Counted from the first letter of the stretch, positions 39,329-49,416 are shown. The stretch: 64,000 bases of DNA from an uncultured virus (IMG/VR IMGVR_UViG_3300028581_001913) (IMGVR_UViG_3300028581_001913); one strand, 5' to 3'. Translations and numbers: made by a program. Notes: generated by a model from the letters alone, not told the origin.

Positions 39329-39610
39329 ATGACATACGCAACAATCCAAGAAGTCAACACTTCTATCATGTTTAGCAATTTTACAAACGAACAACTCAAC
39401 AGCATCAATGATGCGGTGAACTATGCTCGTGCCCAGCTTCGTGCAGTAAAGATCCGCACATTCACCAAAGGTGACACAGTGAAGTTCCACAGCACCAAAC
39501 GTGGTGTCACAGTAACTGGCACCGTGACCAAGGTTGCCATCAAGTATGTCACAGTCAAAGACGGTGCCACGCTGTGGCGTGTTCCTGCCAACATGTTGGA
39601 AGCCGCATAA
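39329..39610 (+). CDS. Small early protein (SH3/KOW-like C-terminus)
   Basis: AAGGAG SD. GDTVKF...GTVTKV...WRVP. Confidence 0.7.
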   Translation: MTYATIQEVNTSIMFSNFTNEQLNSINDAVNYARAQLRAVKIRTFTKGDTVKFHSTKRGVTVTGTVTKVAIKYVTVKDGATLWRVPANMLEAA

Positions 39611-39828
39611 TGAATGAATGGATCTTACTTGTTGCGTTTATCAGCCCTGGTGGCAACTTCATGGACAAAGTGCCTGTGACCATGCCCACCAAAACTGCCT
39701 GCGAGCGGGCAATCAAAACACTGCCCAAAAAAGGCGAGCACCCAATGGGTGTGCAGTATCGAGGCGTGTGTGTCACCCAGGCCCACTGGAATGGCACCGA
39801 ACCAATGAAAAATGTTCCACTTGATTAA
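39610..39828 (+). CDS. Small hypothetical protein
   Basis: Hydrophobic N-terminus and two Cys. Confidence 0.55.
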   Translation: MNEWILLVAFISPGGNFMDKVPVTMPTKTACERAIKTLPKKGEHPMGVQYRGVCVTQAHWNGTEPMKNVPLD

Positions 39829-39839
39829 CGGAGAAGAAC

Positions 39840-40262
39840 ATGGGTCTTGATATGTATGCATACGTGGCCGCCCGAGCAGGTCAGCAAGATGAGTTTTATG
39901 AAGGTGCGGAGTACGACAAGGACACTGACCAGATGGTTAACCCTGCTGTCAACCGGCCGCGACAAATTTGTTACTGGCGCAAACATCCCAACCTGCATGG
40001 CTGGATGGAAAGACTGTGGGACGCAAAGGGCGATCACGGTCGTACTGGCCAAGACTTCAACGGCGTTGAACTTGAACTCACTGCCGAAGACTTGGATGAC
40101 TTGGAGTATGCAGTACAGAACGATCGACTACCGCCAACGTCAGGATTCTTCTTTGGCGACGGCGCTGATGATTACTACAAGCCCAGTGATTTAAAATTTA
40201 TCCAGGAAGCCCGAGCAGAAATGTTCTTGGGTTTGAAAGTATTCTATAACAGTTCATGGTAA
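39840..40262 (+). CDS. Phage hypothetical protein
   Basis: MGLDMY, YWRKHPNLHGWM, GFFFG and C-terminal SSW. Confidence 0.75.
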   Translation: MGLDMYAYVAARAGQQDEFYEGAEYDKDTDQMVNPAVNRPRQICYWRKHPNLHGWMERLWDAKGDHGRTGQDFNGVELELTAEDLDDLEYAVQNDRLPPTSGFFFGDGADDYYKPSDLKFIQEARAEMFLGLKVFYNSSW

Positions 40263-40274
40263 CCACGTAAATAT

Positions 40275-41633
40275 ATGAATGGCATTGACTTCTCACACAA
40301 ACAATTCAACGGTATCACTGTGGCAGCTGATTGGATAAGAGACTTAGAAGCATCCGACAGCCGACTGCACAAAGAACGTGTGATCGAAAAAGCACTGATG
40401 GCTGCAAAGTTGGGCAGTGCCAATGCGCAGTGTTTTTTGTTCAACTGCTATCAGGCCTACAATCCCTACTACACATTCCATGTTCGACAGGTGCCCGAAA
40501 GCGAAGGCATTGAACATGCAGAAAATCCCTGGCCTGTGTTTTGGGGACTGTTGGAAGGCCTGCGCACACGATCATTCTCTGGACATCGTGCCCGAGACGC
40601 TATCTTAGAAACAATGAAACGCTTTGACAGTTTAGAGTGGAACAATCTCTGCAGACGTGTACTGATCAAAGACCTGCGATGCGGCATCAGTGAGAAAACC
40701 TTGAACAAAGTGCTGGGCCGAACAGAGTGGCGGATTCCTGTGTTTACTTGTCAGTTGGCACAAGACTCAACTGACCAACCCAAGAAGTTGAAAGGCATCA
40801 AACGCCTGGAGTGCAAACTGGACGGTGTACGTGTGTTGGCTGTGGTGCAAGGCTCAGATGTCACATTGTACAGCCGTAATGGCAAACAGTTTGAAAACTT
40901 TCCGCAGATTGTGCAAGCCATAGAAGACAATCGCAAGGCATTTTTTAATATTCCCCTTGTTGGCCGTTTTGTATTAGACGGTGAGATTGTGGGCGAGAGT
41001 TTTCAAAAGTTGATGAAACAAGCACATCGCAAATCAGACGCTGTCACAGACGGCATGGTATATCATGTGTTTGACATCATACCGCTTGACAGTTTTGTTG
41101 AAGGGCACTACAACGCACAACAACACAAACGCATTGAGATGTTGGAACGTGTACGTGCCTTGTTGCCAGAAAATGGTCCTTTGCAGATCATGAATGGCCT
41201 AGATGTGGACTTGGACACAGCCGAAGGACATGACATCATGCAACGCTATGCCGAAGCCGCTGTGGAAGGTGGATTTGAAGGCATCATGATCAAGAGCATG
41301 GATGCACCTTACCTGTGCAAACGCACTGATTACTGGATGAAATATAAGCCAGTTCATGATTACGATCTTACTGTAATTGCAGTAGAAGAAGGAACAGGCA
41401 AAAACACAGGACGCATGGGTGCGTTGGTGTGCGAAGGTCAAGACCAAGACAAGTTTATCCGAGTCAATGTCGGTAGTGGTTTCTCAGATGTAGAGCGGCA
41501 GGACTACTGGGACAACAGAGAAAAAGTTATTGGACAAACCGTTGTGATTCTCTGTGATGCTATTACACAGAACCAGGATGGTGGTTATAGCCTACGATTT
41601 CCCCGCTTTAAGACATTCAGGAACGACAAATAA
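40275..41633 (+). CDS. ATP-dependent DNA ligase
   Basis: KLDGVR, LDGEI, VFDI, EGIMIK and SLRFPRF. Confidence 0.93.
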   Translation: MNGIDFSHKQFNGITVAADWIRDLEASDSRLHKERVIEKALMAAKLGSANAQCFLFNCYQAYNPYYTFHVRQVPESEGIEHAENPWPVFWGLLEGLRTRSFSGHRARDAILETMKRFDSLEWNNLCRRVLIKDLRCGISEKTLNKVLGRTEWRIPVFTCQLAQDSTDQPKKLKGIKRLECKLDGVRVLAVVQGSDVTLYSRNGKQFENFPQIVQAIEDNRKAFFNIPLVGRFVLDGEIVGESFQKLMKQAHRKSDAVTDGMVYHVFDIIPLDSFVEGHYNAQQHKRIEMLERVRALLPENGPLQIMNGLDVDLDTAEGHDIMQRYAEAAVEGGFEGIMIKSMDAPYLCKRTDYWMKYKPVHDYDLTVIAVEEGTGKNTGRMGALVCEGQDQDKFIRVNVGSGFSDVERQDYWDNREKVIGQTVVILCDAITQNQDGGYSLRFPRFKTFRNDK

Positions 41634-42336
41634 ACTTTTGATATTCTACTAAAATTGATTCTAATCGTTCAGTAGATAACTGATACCAACCTTGGTTTAA
41701 TCCTAACATAGAATCAATTTTATGTCGTTCATTTTTAGTTAGCGTATCTCGTATCTTGTGTATCTGTATAACAACCGGGCGAAGTCTTTTTTTACGATTA
41801 GTTTCGGCTATTTTTTGATTAGACTGTTTGTTTATATCAGACCCACAGTTGTCAAAATGCCAACGAGTCATAGCAGAAATGCCGCCTGTTTGCCCGCAAT
41901 GCGGACAAGTGACTGCTGGCTTTGGTTTCCGCTTCTTGTCTTTGATATATTCGGGCTGGGGCTTGCCTTTGTTTCCTGGTGCCACTCCAGTTCTGGCCTT
42001 TGATGATGCCGCAGGGTCAATTGATTTGCTGTCGGACGCATTTAAAAAATCGATACGCTCAATAACATTTAACCGTTTTAGGACTTTATGTTCCCATAAT
42101 CTTGCCTTCGAAACTTTATTTTCTCCGTTAAACACTTGACGGATTTGTATAACATCTGGAGCACCGTGAATTTTGATGTATTCAGACACTCTTACGCTTG
42201 ATGTAAAATAGTCTTTCCAGAAATTCAATGGATGGCAATTTTTGGCGTATCTAACCCCATAATAGTTCATGTTGGTCTTAGACCAACGTATAAGATAAGT
42301 GTATGGCGAGTGCTCTGACTCGTTATAAATAGACAT
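41617..42336 (-). CDS. GIY-YIG-like homing endonuclease
   Basis: YTY..YYGVR, WEHKVL, CPHC..RWHFDNC. AT-rich and convergent with the ligase. Confidence 0.75.
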   Translation of the reverse strand: MSIYNESEHSPYTYLIRWSKTNMNYYGVRYAKNCHPLNFWKDYFTSSVRVSEYIKIHGAPDVIQIRQVFNGENKVSKARLWEHKVLKRLNVIERIDFLNASDSKSIDPAASSKARTGVAPGNKGKPQPEYIKDKKRKPKPAVTCPHCGQTGGISAMTRWHFDNCGSDINKQSNQKIAETNRKKRLRPVVIQIHKIRDTLTKNERHKIDSMLGLNQGWYQLSTERLESILVEYQKFICRS

Positions 42337-42410
42337 GCTGATTGCTCCTTTATAGCATTAGAGTAGTTGGGAATTCCACTTCCGCGAACTACACTTTTAT
42401 TTATTGTAGA

Positions 42411-42439
42411 TTGACAAATAAATCTATATCGTATATAAT
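42411..42439 (+). promoter_or_regulatory. sigma70 consensus promoter (probably leaderless transcript)
   Basis: TTGACA-17-TATAAT, 5 nt before the ATG. Confidence 0.8.
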
Positions 42440-42444
42440 ACAGC

Positions 42445-42864
42445 ATGAGTAAAAAAATTCGCATGTTTTCATATGGCATGAACACCAACTTGGACCAAAT
42501 GGCTGCCCGATGCCCGGGTGCTGTTTGTCTGGGTCCAGCATGGATCAACGACTATGCCTTGGTGTTTCGCCATTATGCTGATATTGAACCTGTGGCAGGC
42601 GACTGGTGCGATGGCGTGCTGTGGGAAATCACAGAAGACAACCTAGTGGCTCTAGATGCCTTGGAAGGCTATCCTTGGCACTACACCCGATTCTCAGTCA
42701 TGGTGCATACTGACCGCGGATCAGATATTGCACTAGTTTATCAAATGGTGGACCAGTCTTTTGAAGAAGCCCCCAGCACCCACTACTACAACATGGTCAC
42801 AGAAGGTTATGTGCAAAACAGTGTGCCAGTGGATCAACTGATTGCCACAATGGAGTTATCATGA
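42445..42864 (+). CDS. Gamma-glutamylcyclotransferase-like (AIG2) protein
   Basis: FSYGMN, GVLWEI and LDALEGYP..Y. Confidence 0.8.
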   Translation: MSKKIRMFSYGMNTNLDQMAARCPGAVCLGPAWINDYALVFRHYADIEPVAGDWCDGVLWEITEDNLVALDALEGYPWHYTRFSVMVHTDRGSDIALVYQMVDQSFEEAPSTHYYNMVTEGYVQNSVPVDQLIATMELS

Positions 42865-43133
42865 TCAATCTAAACTTTAACGTATACAATCCATTGAGCA
42901 ATACCTGGACCATTCTTTGGAACAAGAGCAGATTCATTGGCAAGAACAAGGCTGTGGAATTCAATGGGTATCGCACCAATCACATCATCAATGTGGATCT
43001 TCAATTCAAACCAGTGGGCGACCACGGTGGCGCTAGAATCATGCTTGGTGTATTTGGGTTTGATATTGAACTACACTTTTACGACTGCCGTCACTGGAAC
43101 TACAAAACCAAGACCTGGGAAGTGCATTTATGA
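42861..43133 (+). CDS. Hypothetical protein
   Basis: ATGA overlaps. Confidence 0.6.
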   Translation: MINLNFNVYNPLSNTWTILWNKSRFIGKNKAVEFNGYRTNHIINVDLQFKPVGDHGGARIMLGVFGFDIELHFYDCRHWNYKTKTWEVHL

Positions 43134-43597
43134 CCAAAAAAATCTACTACGAAAAACGTGGACGCAGGTATGTGCCTGTGAGTGAATACGACAGTGAGTA
43201 CCTGGACAGTTTCTCCAAGGGCACACACATTGTGATGTGCTACCCAGGCGGGCAAAGTCGCCGGTACAACATTGAGCCCAACTACGCCGCAATGATTGCG
43301 GCAGGCCGTGTGGCCGAAGACGCCATCTGCGACGCCATGCGTAAAGCCAGTGAAATGCGTCCGCAACGAACTCCGATTACTCCCGGACAGAAGAAGGCCT
43401 GGGAAAAGTTGGCCCGAGAGTTTGGAGATGAATTATGTCCGTTGACCTATGGTAGTGCCAGAGATCATGCCGAAGCCGGCGTCCAGGCCATGCAAGCGGA
43501 AGCAGACAAACTCATGACCAATCCTGCTGTGCAACTGGCCTACGAGCAGTTTCTCCTGGTGTGTGAATTGACCAAGAAAAACATTGACAACGCCTGA
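43130..43597 (+). CDS. Hypothetical protein
   Basis: YEKRGRRYVPV. Confidence 0.65.
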   Translation: MTKKIYYEKRGRRYVPVSEYDSEYLDSFSKGTHIVMCYPGGQSRRYNIEPNYAAMIAAGRVAEDAICDAMRKASEMRPQRTPITPGQKKAWEKLAREFGDELCPLTYGSARDHAEAGVQAMQAEADKLMTNPAVQLAYEQFLLVCELTKKNIDNA

Positions 43598-43612
43598 TTC
43601 GCATAGTATAAT
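43584..43612 (+). promoter_or_regulatory. sigma70 consensus promoter
   Basis: TTGACA-17-TATAAT. Confidence 0.85.
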
Positions 43613-43618
43613 CGCTGT

Positions 43619-43790
43619 GCATGATCAAGGAGATTGGGTTGTCTTCTGGGCATAACGGGAGAGAGATCTGTAAACCGGTCCTGTTGTGTGCCGTGGCATC
43701 GAAGACGGAAATCCCGTAGGATGAGACACTGCCTAGGCCTGGCAACAGGTCAAAACACTGGCTGGTACCCAGTGGAGTATGCCTTGTAGT
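43619..43790 (+). ncRNA. Candidate structured RNA / long leader
   Basis: About 200-nt intergenic stretch after the promoter, with nested complementary segments. Family not recognised. Confidence 0.4.
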
Positions 43791-43812
43791 TTAAACAGTG
43801 TAAAGGATAGCA

Positions 43813-44130
43813 ATGTCTGTTGAAATTGAAACCTCTGCGTTGAGTATGTTTGAATCCCTTGACTCTCTTAGATCAACGCCCTTGGTCATGCACCGTATTC
43901 AAGTGGAACTGCATGATGTCAAGACATGGTATGCAGTTATTCGCGAACTAAATCAAGTGCATGGTATGGGTAATTGGAAAGGTCAAAGCCATGTCAAACG
44001 CCGATTAGAAAACATAATATGGAATCCTGACCAGGCTGTACGTGTTTGGTTCGATGTGCCTGATCCTGCCATTGCATCTTGGTTGGCCGTTAAACTAGCA
44101 GTCCAAGTCAAACTGGTACCCAATAAATAA
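43813..44130 (+). CDS. Hypothetical protein
   Basis: AAGGA SD, 105 aa. Confidence 0.65.
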   Translation: MSVEIETSALSMFESLDSLRSTPLVMHRIQVELHDVKTWYAVIRELNQVHGMGNWKGQSHVKRRLENIIWNPDQAVRVWFDVPDPAIASWLAVKLAVQVKLVPNK

Positions 44131-44134
44131 ATCT

Positions 44135-45667
44135 ATGTTCCTTAGTTATTTTACATTATTCACCGCCTTGTCATTGAGCGTGGTTGCGGCCTGGTACAGT
44201 ATACTGGGTCTTACTGCTATTTTTGCAAGTGCAGTCATTCCCATTATCATCATGGGTGGTATCTTGGAAGTGGCCAAGGTCACTGTCACAGTGTGGTTGC
44301 ATGAATACTGGCAGCGTTGTCGATGGCTGATGAAGTGTTATTTGGTGCCAGCAGTGTTCATGCTCATGGTGATAACATCAATGGGCATCTTTGGTTTCCT
44401 ATCCAAAGCACACACAGATCAAAGTCTGGTGTCAGGCGATGTGCAGGCCAAGATCGCAATATATGACGAAAAGATTAAGATAGCAAAGGACAACATAGAT
44501 GCAAACCGCAAAGCACTTAAACAAATGGATGAGGCTGTGGACCAAGTTATGGGCCGAAGCACAGATGAAAAAGGTGCTGACAAAGCAGTTTCGCTACGCA
44601 GAGCGCAGGCCAAAGAACGCAATCGACTGCTTGCCGAAATTGCAGCCGAGCAGAAAAAGATTACTGTCATTAGTGAAGAACGAGCCCCTATTGCTGCCGA
44701 GGTACGCAAGGTGGAGGCCGAAGTCGGTCCGATCAAATACATAGCGGCTTTTATCTACGGAGACGACCCCGACAGCAATCTACTAGAACGTGCTGTGCGT
44801 TGGGTCATCATCATACTTGTTGTGGTGTTTGATCCGCTAGCCATCATGATGGTATTGGCAGCCACAGAGAGCATGAAATGGGAGCGTGAGCGTAGATTGC
44901 AACCTACGTATGCCCCCGACGACGGGCCGCTTACTGATCAACAAGTCGAACAACTACGTGCAACAGCACAACCAGAACTGCCCACAGCAGATATTGTAGA
45001 AACAAGCAAGCTGTTTGACGACCCAGGAGAACATCCTGCAGACACCTTTGATCATGAACTTGAAACAACCAAAGCAGTTGACCCACATCCACCAGGTTGG
45101 ATGTTTGGTGATTCTCAATCCAATCATCTCAATAAACAACATGTAGCCAAAGTTATTGCTGAGTTTGAACAACTTCGAGCACAGCCAGTAGAATTCAACC
45201 AGGATTATTTGAATACATTAACGCAAGATGTTGAGTCGGAAGAAGACAACAATCCAGATGTCAAGGCAGCAATCAAACAGTGGAAAGCAGAAAATCCTGA
45301 CAAAACAATTAAAGAAGAACGTGCCAAGTTGGCTGCTGGCCGAATTCAAGAATTGCCCTGGATGGGACTAGCGGCCGACAATGACTTGGCTCGAGAACAC
45401 ACATCGGGATTTGGCATTTCTTTTCCCGCCGCTCCAATTAAAGGCGATACGTTTATGCGTGTGGACCAAATGCCCAATGTGCTATACAAGTTCAATGGTC
45501 ACCACTGGATTATTGTGGACAAAACGCTAACAGATAACTACACATACGACGATGCATATATTGAGCATTTGATTGCCAAACTCACCAGTGGTGAATATGA
45601 TCCAGACATGTTGAGTGATGCAGAAGCTGATGCAATTGCACGTCGTGTAAAATCAATCACAATATGA
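44135..45667 (+). CDS. Membrane-anchored coiled-coil protein
   Basis: Three N-terminal TM segments, a coiled coil, and a further TM at VVFDPLAI. Confidence 0.7.
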   Translation: MFLSYFTLFTALSLSVVAAWYSILGLTAIFASAVIPIIIMGGILEVAKVTVTVWLHEYWQRCRWLMKCYLVPAVFMLMVITSMGIFGFLSKAHTDQSLVSGDVQAKIAIYDEKIKIAKDNIDANRKALKQMDEAVDQVMGRSTDEKGADKAVSLRRAQAKERNRLLAEIAAEQKKITVISEERAPIAAEVRKVEAEVGPIKYIAAFIYGDDPDSNLLERAVRWVIIILVVVFDPLAIMMVLAATESMKWERERRLQPTYAPDDGPLTDQQVEQLRATAQPELPTADIVETSKLFDDPGEHPADTFDHELETTKAVDPHPPGWMFGDSQSNHLNKQHVAKVIAEFEQLRAQPVEFNQDYLNTLTQDVESEEDNNPDVKAAIKQWKAENPDKTIKEERAKLAAGRIQELPWMGLAADNDLAREHTSGFGISFPAAPIKGDTFMRVDQMPNVLYKFNGHHWIIVDKTLTDNYTYDDAYIEHLIAKLTSGEYDPDMLSDAEADAIARRVKSITI

Positions 45668-46887
45668 AATCATCAGAGACCTTAGACAATTGTAGTTTTT
45701 GCGGCAAGCACAAAGATTCAGTGGCCAAATTAATTGTGGGAGCAGATGTGTCAATCTGCAACGAGTGTGTGGATCTGTGCCAAACCCTGCTGAAAGATGA
45801 GCTGCCAATCAAAGCCAAAGAGATAACCGATGATACTCTTGATCCTAGAGCCATCAAAGAGCACTTGGATCAGTATGTTATTGGACAAAGTCATGCCAAA
45901 ATTATGTTAAGTGTGGCCATTGCCAATCACTACAAACGCATTGCCAATGCTGATTCAGGCGTGGAGATTGAAAAAGCCAACATACTCATGCTGGGTCCCA
46001 CAGGCTCGGGCAAAACATTGTTGGCACGTACTGTGGCACGTTATTTGGATGTGCCGTTTGTGATTGCTGATGCCACGAGTCTTACTGAAGCAGGTTATGT
46101 GGGCGATGATGTTGAAAGTTTGATCACACGCTTGTACACAGCCGCAGGTGGTGATGTAGACAAGACACAGCGTGGCATTGTGTTCATTGATGAAATTGAC
46201 AAGATCAGCCGCCGCAGCGAAAGTGCCAGTATAACTCGAGATGTGTCAGGAGAAGGTGTGCAACAAGCCCTGCTCAAACTGGTAGAAGGCACCAAGTGTA
46301 GAATTACCCCACAAGGTGGTCGCAAACATCCAGCAGGTGACACAATAGAAATTGACACAGCTAACATACTATTCATTGCTGGTGGGGCATTTGTGGGCCT
46401 GGACAAAATTGTAAAGAGTCGTGTCAAAGGCACCAGCATTGGATTCAATGCCAGAGTGTCAGAAGATCGAGATAATAACCACTTGGATCAAACCACTCCC
46501 GAAGATTTGATCAAGTTTGGTATGATTCCAGAATTTGTGGGACGTTTTCCCAGTTGGGTCGCCCTGAGTGAACTTACCAAGCCTGATTTGATTCGCATCC
46601 TGCAAGATATCAAACACAGTTATGTCAGTCAGTATCAGTGGATTTTCAAACGCGACAACGTAAATTTAGAGTTCAGTGCTGACAGCCTGGATCTCATTGC
46701 AGAACGCACCATGGCCAACAAAACAGGGGCTCGTGGTCTACATAGTGAACTCGAACGGGTGTTGTTGCCACACATGTACGATTTGACTCGCTATCGCAAA
46801 GGCGGAATCCAGACCCTAAATATCAACACTGACCTGGTAAATAATCCTGAATCACTTCGGGAAATAAATGACCAAACCACACGCTAG
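45664..46887 (+). CDS. clpX: ATP-dependent Clp protease ATPase ClpX
   Basis: CSFCGK zinc finger, [21 protein letters not shown] loop and GARGL. Confidence 0.95.
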   Translation: MKSSETLDNCSFCGKHKDSVAKLIVGADVSICNECVDLCQTLLKDELPIKAKEITDDTLDPRAIKEHLDQYVIGQSHAKIMLSVAIANHYKRIANADSGVEIEKANILMLGPTGSGKTLLARTVARYLDVPFVIADATSLTEAGYVGDDVESLITRLYTAAGGDVDKTQRGIVFIDEIDKISRRSESASITRDVSGEGVQQALLKLVEGTKCRITPQGGRKHPAGDTIEIDTANILFIAGGAFVGLDKIVKSRVKGTSIGFNARVSEDRDNNHLDQTTPEDLIKFGMIPEFVGRFPSWVALSELTKPDLIRILQDIKHSYVSQYQWIFKRDNVNLEFSADSLDLIAERTMANKTGARGLHSELERVLLPHMYDLTRYRKGGIQTLNINTDLVNNPESLREINDQTTR

Positions 46888-47092
46888 ATCAGTCATAGTA
46901 CAAGACAACAACATTGAAAAAGCCCTGCGCAAGTTCAAGAAAAAAGTACAGAATTCTGGCATACTGAATGATGTTAGAGAACGTGAATTCTACATCAAGC
47001 CCACAACTGAGAGAAAACTCAAACATAGTGCAGCCAAAAATCGCTGGCGCAAACAACTAGAAGCCCAACAACTCCCTCCCCGCACACACTGA
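46868..47092 (+). CDS. rpsU: Ribosomal protein bS21
   Basis: [20 protein letters not shown]. Confidence 0.9.
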   Translation: MTKPHARSVIVQDNNIEKALRKFKKKVQNSGILNDVREREFYIKPTTERKLKHSAAKNRWRKQLEAQQLPPRTH

Positions 47093-47094
47093 AA

Positions 47095-47595
47095 TTATTT
47101 TAATCTACGGAGAACCCACGCTTGAGTCATTTTTAGTTTAGTCTCTTCGCTTTTTGCTTTTCCTTTGAGTGCAGTTGATCTTTTTAATTTCTCCTCAGCA
47201 GTCATCGGAACTCCTTTTTTAGATATAGACATTTTAATTTTAGTGTCAATACTTTTCTTTACTCCAACACGAGATTGCGACATTTTTAATTTTGTGTTTG
47301 CTGACAGCACTCTGCCTTTCTGACTCCCGCCATCTCCTAATTCGGGTTTTAAATTTGCCCAAGCAGAATCAGACACAACATTCCATAAATTGCTATAGTA
47401 TTGCCCCCAATACTCTAGTTCAGCCCTGCTAGAACATTCTTTAAGTACGTCTGTGGTGACAATGTTGCCGTGAGTCTTAAGGTGATTTAACCAGTAAGTT
47501 CCAGATCCCTTGTATTTGAAAGGGTCAGACTGTTTGGTTTGGCCTAAATATTGTAAACCCGTAATACAATGAGTTTTTTTGTATAAGAAAAACAT
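47095..47595 (-). CDS. GIY-YIG homing endonuclease with NUMOD3-like repeats
   Basis: FLY..YLGQT, YKGSG and repeated TKLKMS. ATG 47595 with GGAG SD. Confidence 0.8.
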   Translation of the reverse strand: MFFLYKKTHCITGLQYLGQTKQSDPFKYKGSGTYWLNHLKTHGNIVTTDVLKECSSRAELEYWGQYYSNLWNVVSDSAWANLKPELGDGGSQKGRVLSANTKLKMSQSRVGVKKSIDTKIKMSISKKGVPMTAEEKLKRSTALKGKAKSEETKLKMTQAWVLRRLK

Positions 47596-47771
47596 ATGAT
47601 ACTCCAATAAGTAAAAAAGGGCTATCTGTGTATTGGCACAGAAAAGATGATCAGTCTGTTCGCCCAAAAAATATTTATCTTTATTTCTATTTCTGTTATA
47701 CTAAATAATATTGTAAAGCGCCGATAGTCGGGCTTTACAATAGTCATAATCGCTTAATAAAGGAGAAAACA

Positions 47772-48236
47772 ATGACAAAAACTCTAACCCTTCGCAGTTT
47801 CGATATTCCTGCGATTCACAAATTTGGTATCGGCTTCGACAACCTGTTTGATGATCTCATGCGTGTCAACGCTCAACAAAGCAACAACAACTATCCACCT
47901 TATGACATTGTGCAAATCAATGATGATGAGTACATGATCAGTTTGGCTGTGGCCGGTTTTGGATTTGATAACTTAACTGTTACCAAGGACAAAAACTTCT
48001 TGATTGTTGAGGGCAAACACAGCCGTGAGAACATGGACAATGCGTATGAAGAATCCACTACAAAATACTTGCACAAAGGCATCAGCGAAAGAAGTTTCCG
48101 TAGAGAATTCCAACTTGCGGACCATGTGGAAATCAGCAATGCACACCTTGAACTTGGTATTCTCAGCATTCACCTAAAACGTGAAGTTCCAGAGCAACAC
48201 AAGCCAAAGATCATTGCGATTACCTACAAAGAGTAA
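47772..48236 (+). CDS. Small heat-shock protein (IbpA-like)
   Basis: YPPYDI, LAVAGF and YLHKGISERSFRREF. Confidence 0.92.
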   Translation: MTKTLTLRSFDIPAIHKFGIGFDNLFDDLMRVNAQQSNNNYPPYDIVQINDDEYMISLAVAGFGFDNLTVTKDKNFLIVEGKHSRENMDNAYEESTTKYLHKGISERSFRREFQLADHVEISNAHLELGILSIHLKREVPEQHKPKIIAITYKE

Positions 48237-48250
48237 TATAATGTAAATAC

Positions 48251-48274
48251 AGTGACAGCAATCCTGCTGTCACT
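48251..48274 (+). promoter_or_regulatory. 10-bp hairpin in the clpS leader
   Basis: AGTGACAGCA-ATCC-TGCTGTCACT immediately after TAAATA. Confidence 0.55.
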
Positions 48275-48295
48275 GATTGTAAGCAAGGAATAAAA

Positions 48296-48607
48296 ATGGC
48301 TCAAAGTGACACCCGTACACGAATCAAACCTTCAGAGGCTGTGCAAGAACCGCCCATGTTCAAAGTTATCTATTTGAACGATAATCAAACCACATTGGAG
48401 TTTGTGGTTGAAAGTTTGATTGAGTACTTTAACTACACAGCAGAAACAGCAGAGCAGATAACCATTGATATTCACCAAACTGGGCAGGCCACTGTGGCAG
48501 TGCTGCCTTATGAAGTTGCTGAACAAAAAGGTATTGAAGTCACACTCAGTGCAAGATCACAAAGTTATCCATTGCAGATCAAACTGGAACCCGAAACCGT
48601 GAACTAA
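48296..48607 (+). CDS. clpS: Clp adaptor ClpS
   Basis: PPMFKVIYLNDNQT..EFVV, IH..G and YEVAEQK. Confidence 0.9.
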   Translation: MAQSDTRTRIKPSEAVQEPPMFKVIYLNDNQTTLEFVVESLIEYFNYTAETAEQITIDIHQTGQATVAVLPYEVAEQKGIEVTLSARSQSYPLQIKLEPETVN

Positions 48608-49392
48608 TCACCTATCACAATTCGTCGGGGATGGTACACATATTGACGCCATTCAGTGTCTGCTCTACCTCGGCAGTTGTTGATAAATCGCACACCATGA
48701 CGAATTTGATCCACTGATCCATGATAATGTCCAAAACACCAAGTGTGTACCTTGTGTTCAGTGTCAGCACTGAGCGCCCGCAACATGAAGCCATTGCCCA
48801 TGGTATTGAATCGCAAGGTATTGACCAGACCAATGTCATGTGAGATCAATTCGGCTGCTGGCACAGTGTGAGTCACACATACAATTTTTTTCACATCAGC
48901 ATGAGTTTGCAGTCGTTTTACACTGCTGATCATGTAGTTGGCATCTGTGGTGGCCATTCGCCCCACGGTCTTGGCCGTCTGGGCAGTGACTTCACACTGT
49001 TGTTGAAACCACAAGGAAGTTTGTTCAGCGTCGATGCTGTGATCTAGGTCATAGGTCCACCATCCATTGGTGGCCAATATGGCCACACCGTCTACCACAA
49101 CCACGTTGTCCTGTAAAAATACCACGTTGGGAATTTTCCTTATCTTTTTTGACAAATCAGCAAAACTGGCTTTCAAATCATCATAGTAATAACGATGTTC
49201 GTCGTTGCCATCAATGTAAAACACTGCTTGATAACACCGGCCCAGGTGTTGAAGTATGCCAAGCACAGTGTCACGGTCTCGCGCCAAATCGCCAGCTACC
49301 ACACAATACGCACTGGTGGCCTGGCCAGTCCAGACAAATTCAGGCCAGGTTTCACCGTGCAGATCAGAAATTAGATCAAATGCAAAACTCAT
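48604..49392 (-). CDS. Calcineurin-like metallophosphoesterase
   Basis: SDLH, AGD, GNDE, THTVP and FGHYH. Confidence 0.8.
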   Translation of the reverse strand: MSFAFDLISDLHGETWPEFVWTGQATSAYCVVAGDLARDRDTVLGILQHLGRCYQAVFYIDGNDEHRYYYDDLKASFADLSKKIRKIPNVVFLQDNVVVVDGVAILATNGWWTYDLDHSIDAEQTSLWFQQQCEVTAQTAKTVGRMATTDANYMISSVKRLQTHADVKKIVCVTHTVPAAELISHDIGLVNTLRFNTMGNGFMLRALSADTEHKVHTWCFGHYHGSVDQIRHGVRFINNCRGRADTEWRQYVYHPRRIVIGD

Positions 49393-49416
49393 GATATATA
49401 TTTAAAAGGAACTGCA

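Noticed and set aside
41617..42336. Homing endonuclease within a group I intron
   Set aside because: The ligase ends with its normal C-terminal motif (SLRFPRF..R.DK), so the endonuclease gene is free-standing. The other endonucleases also lie between apparently intact genes.
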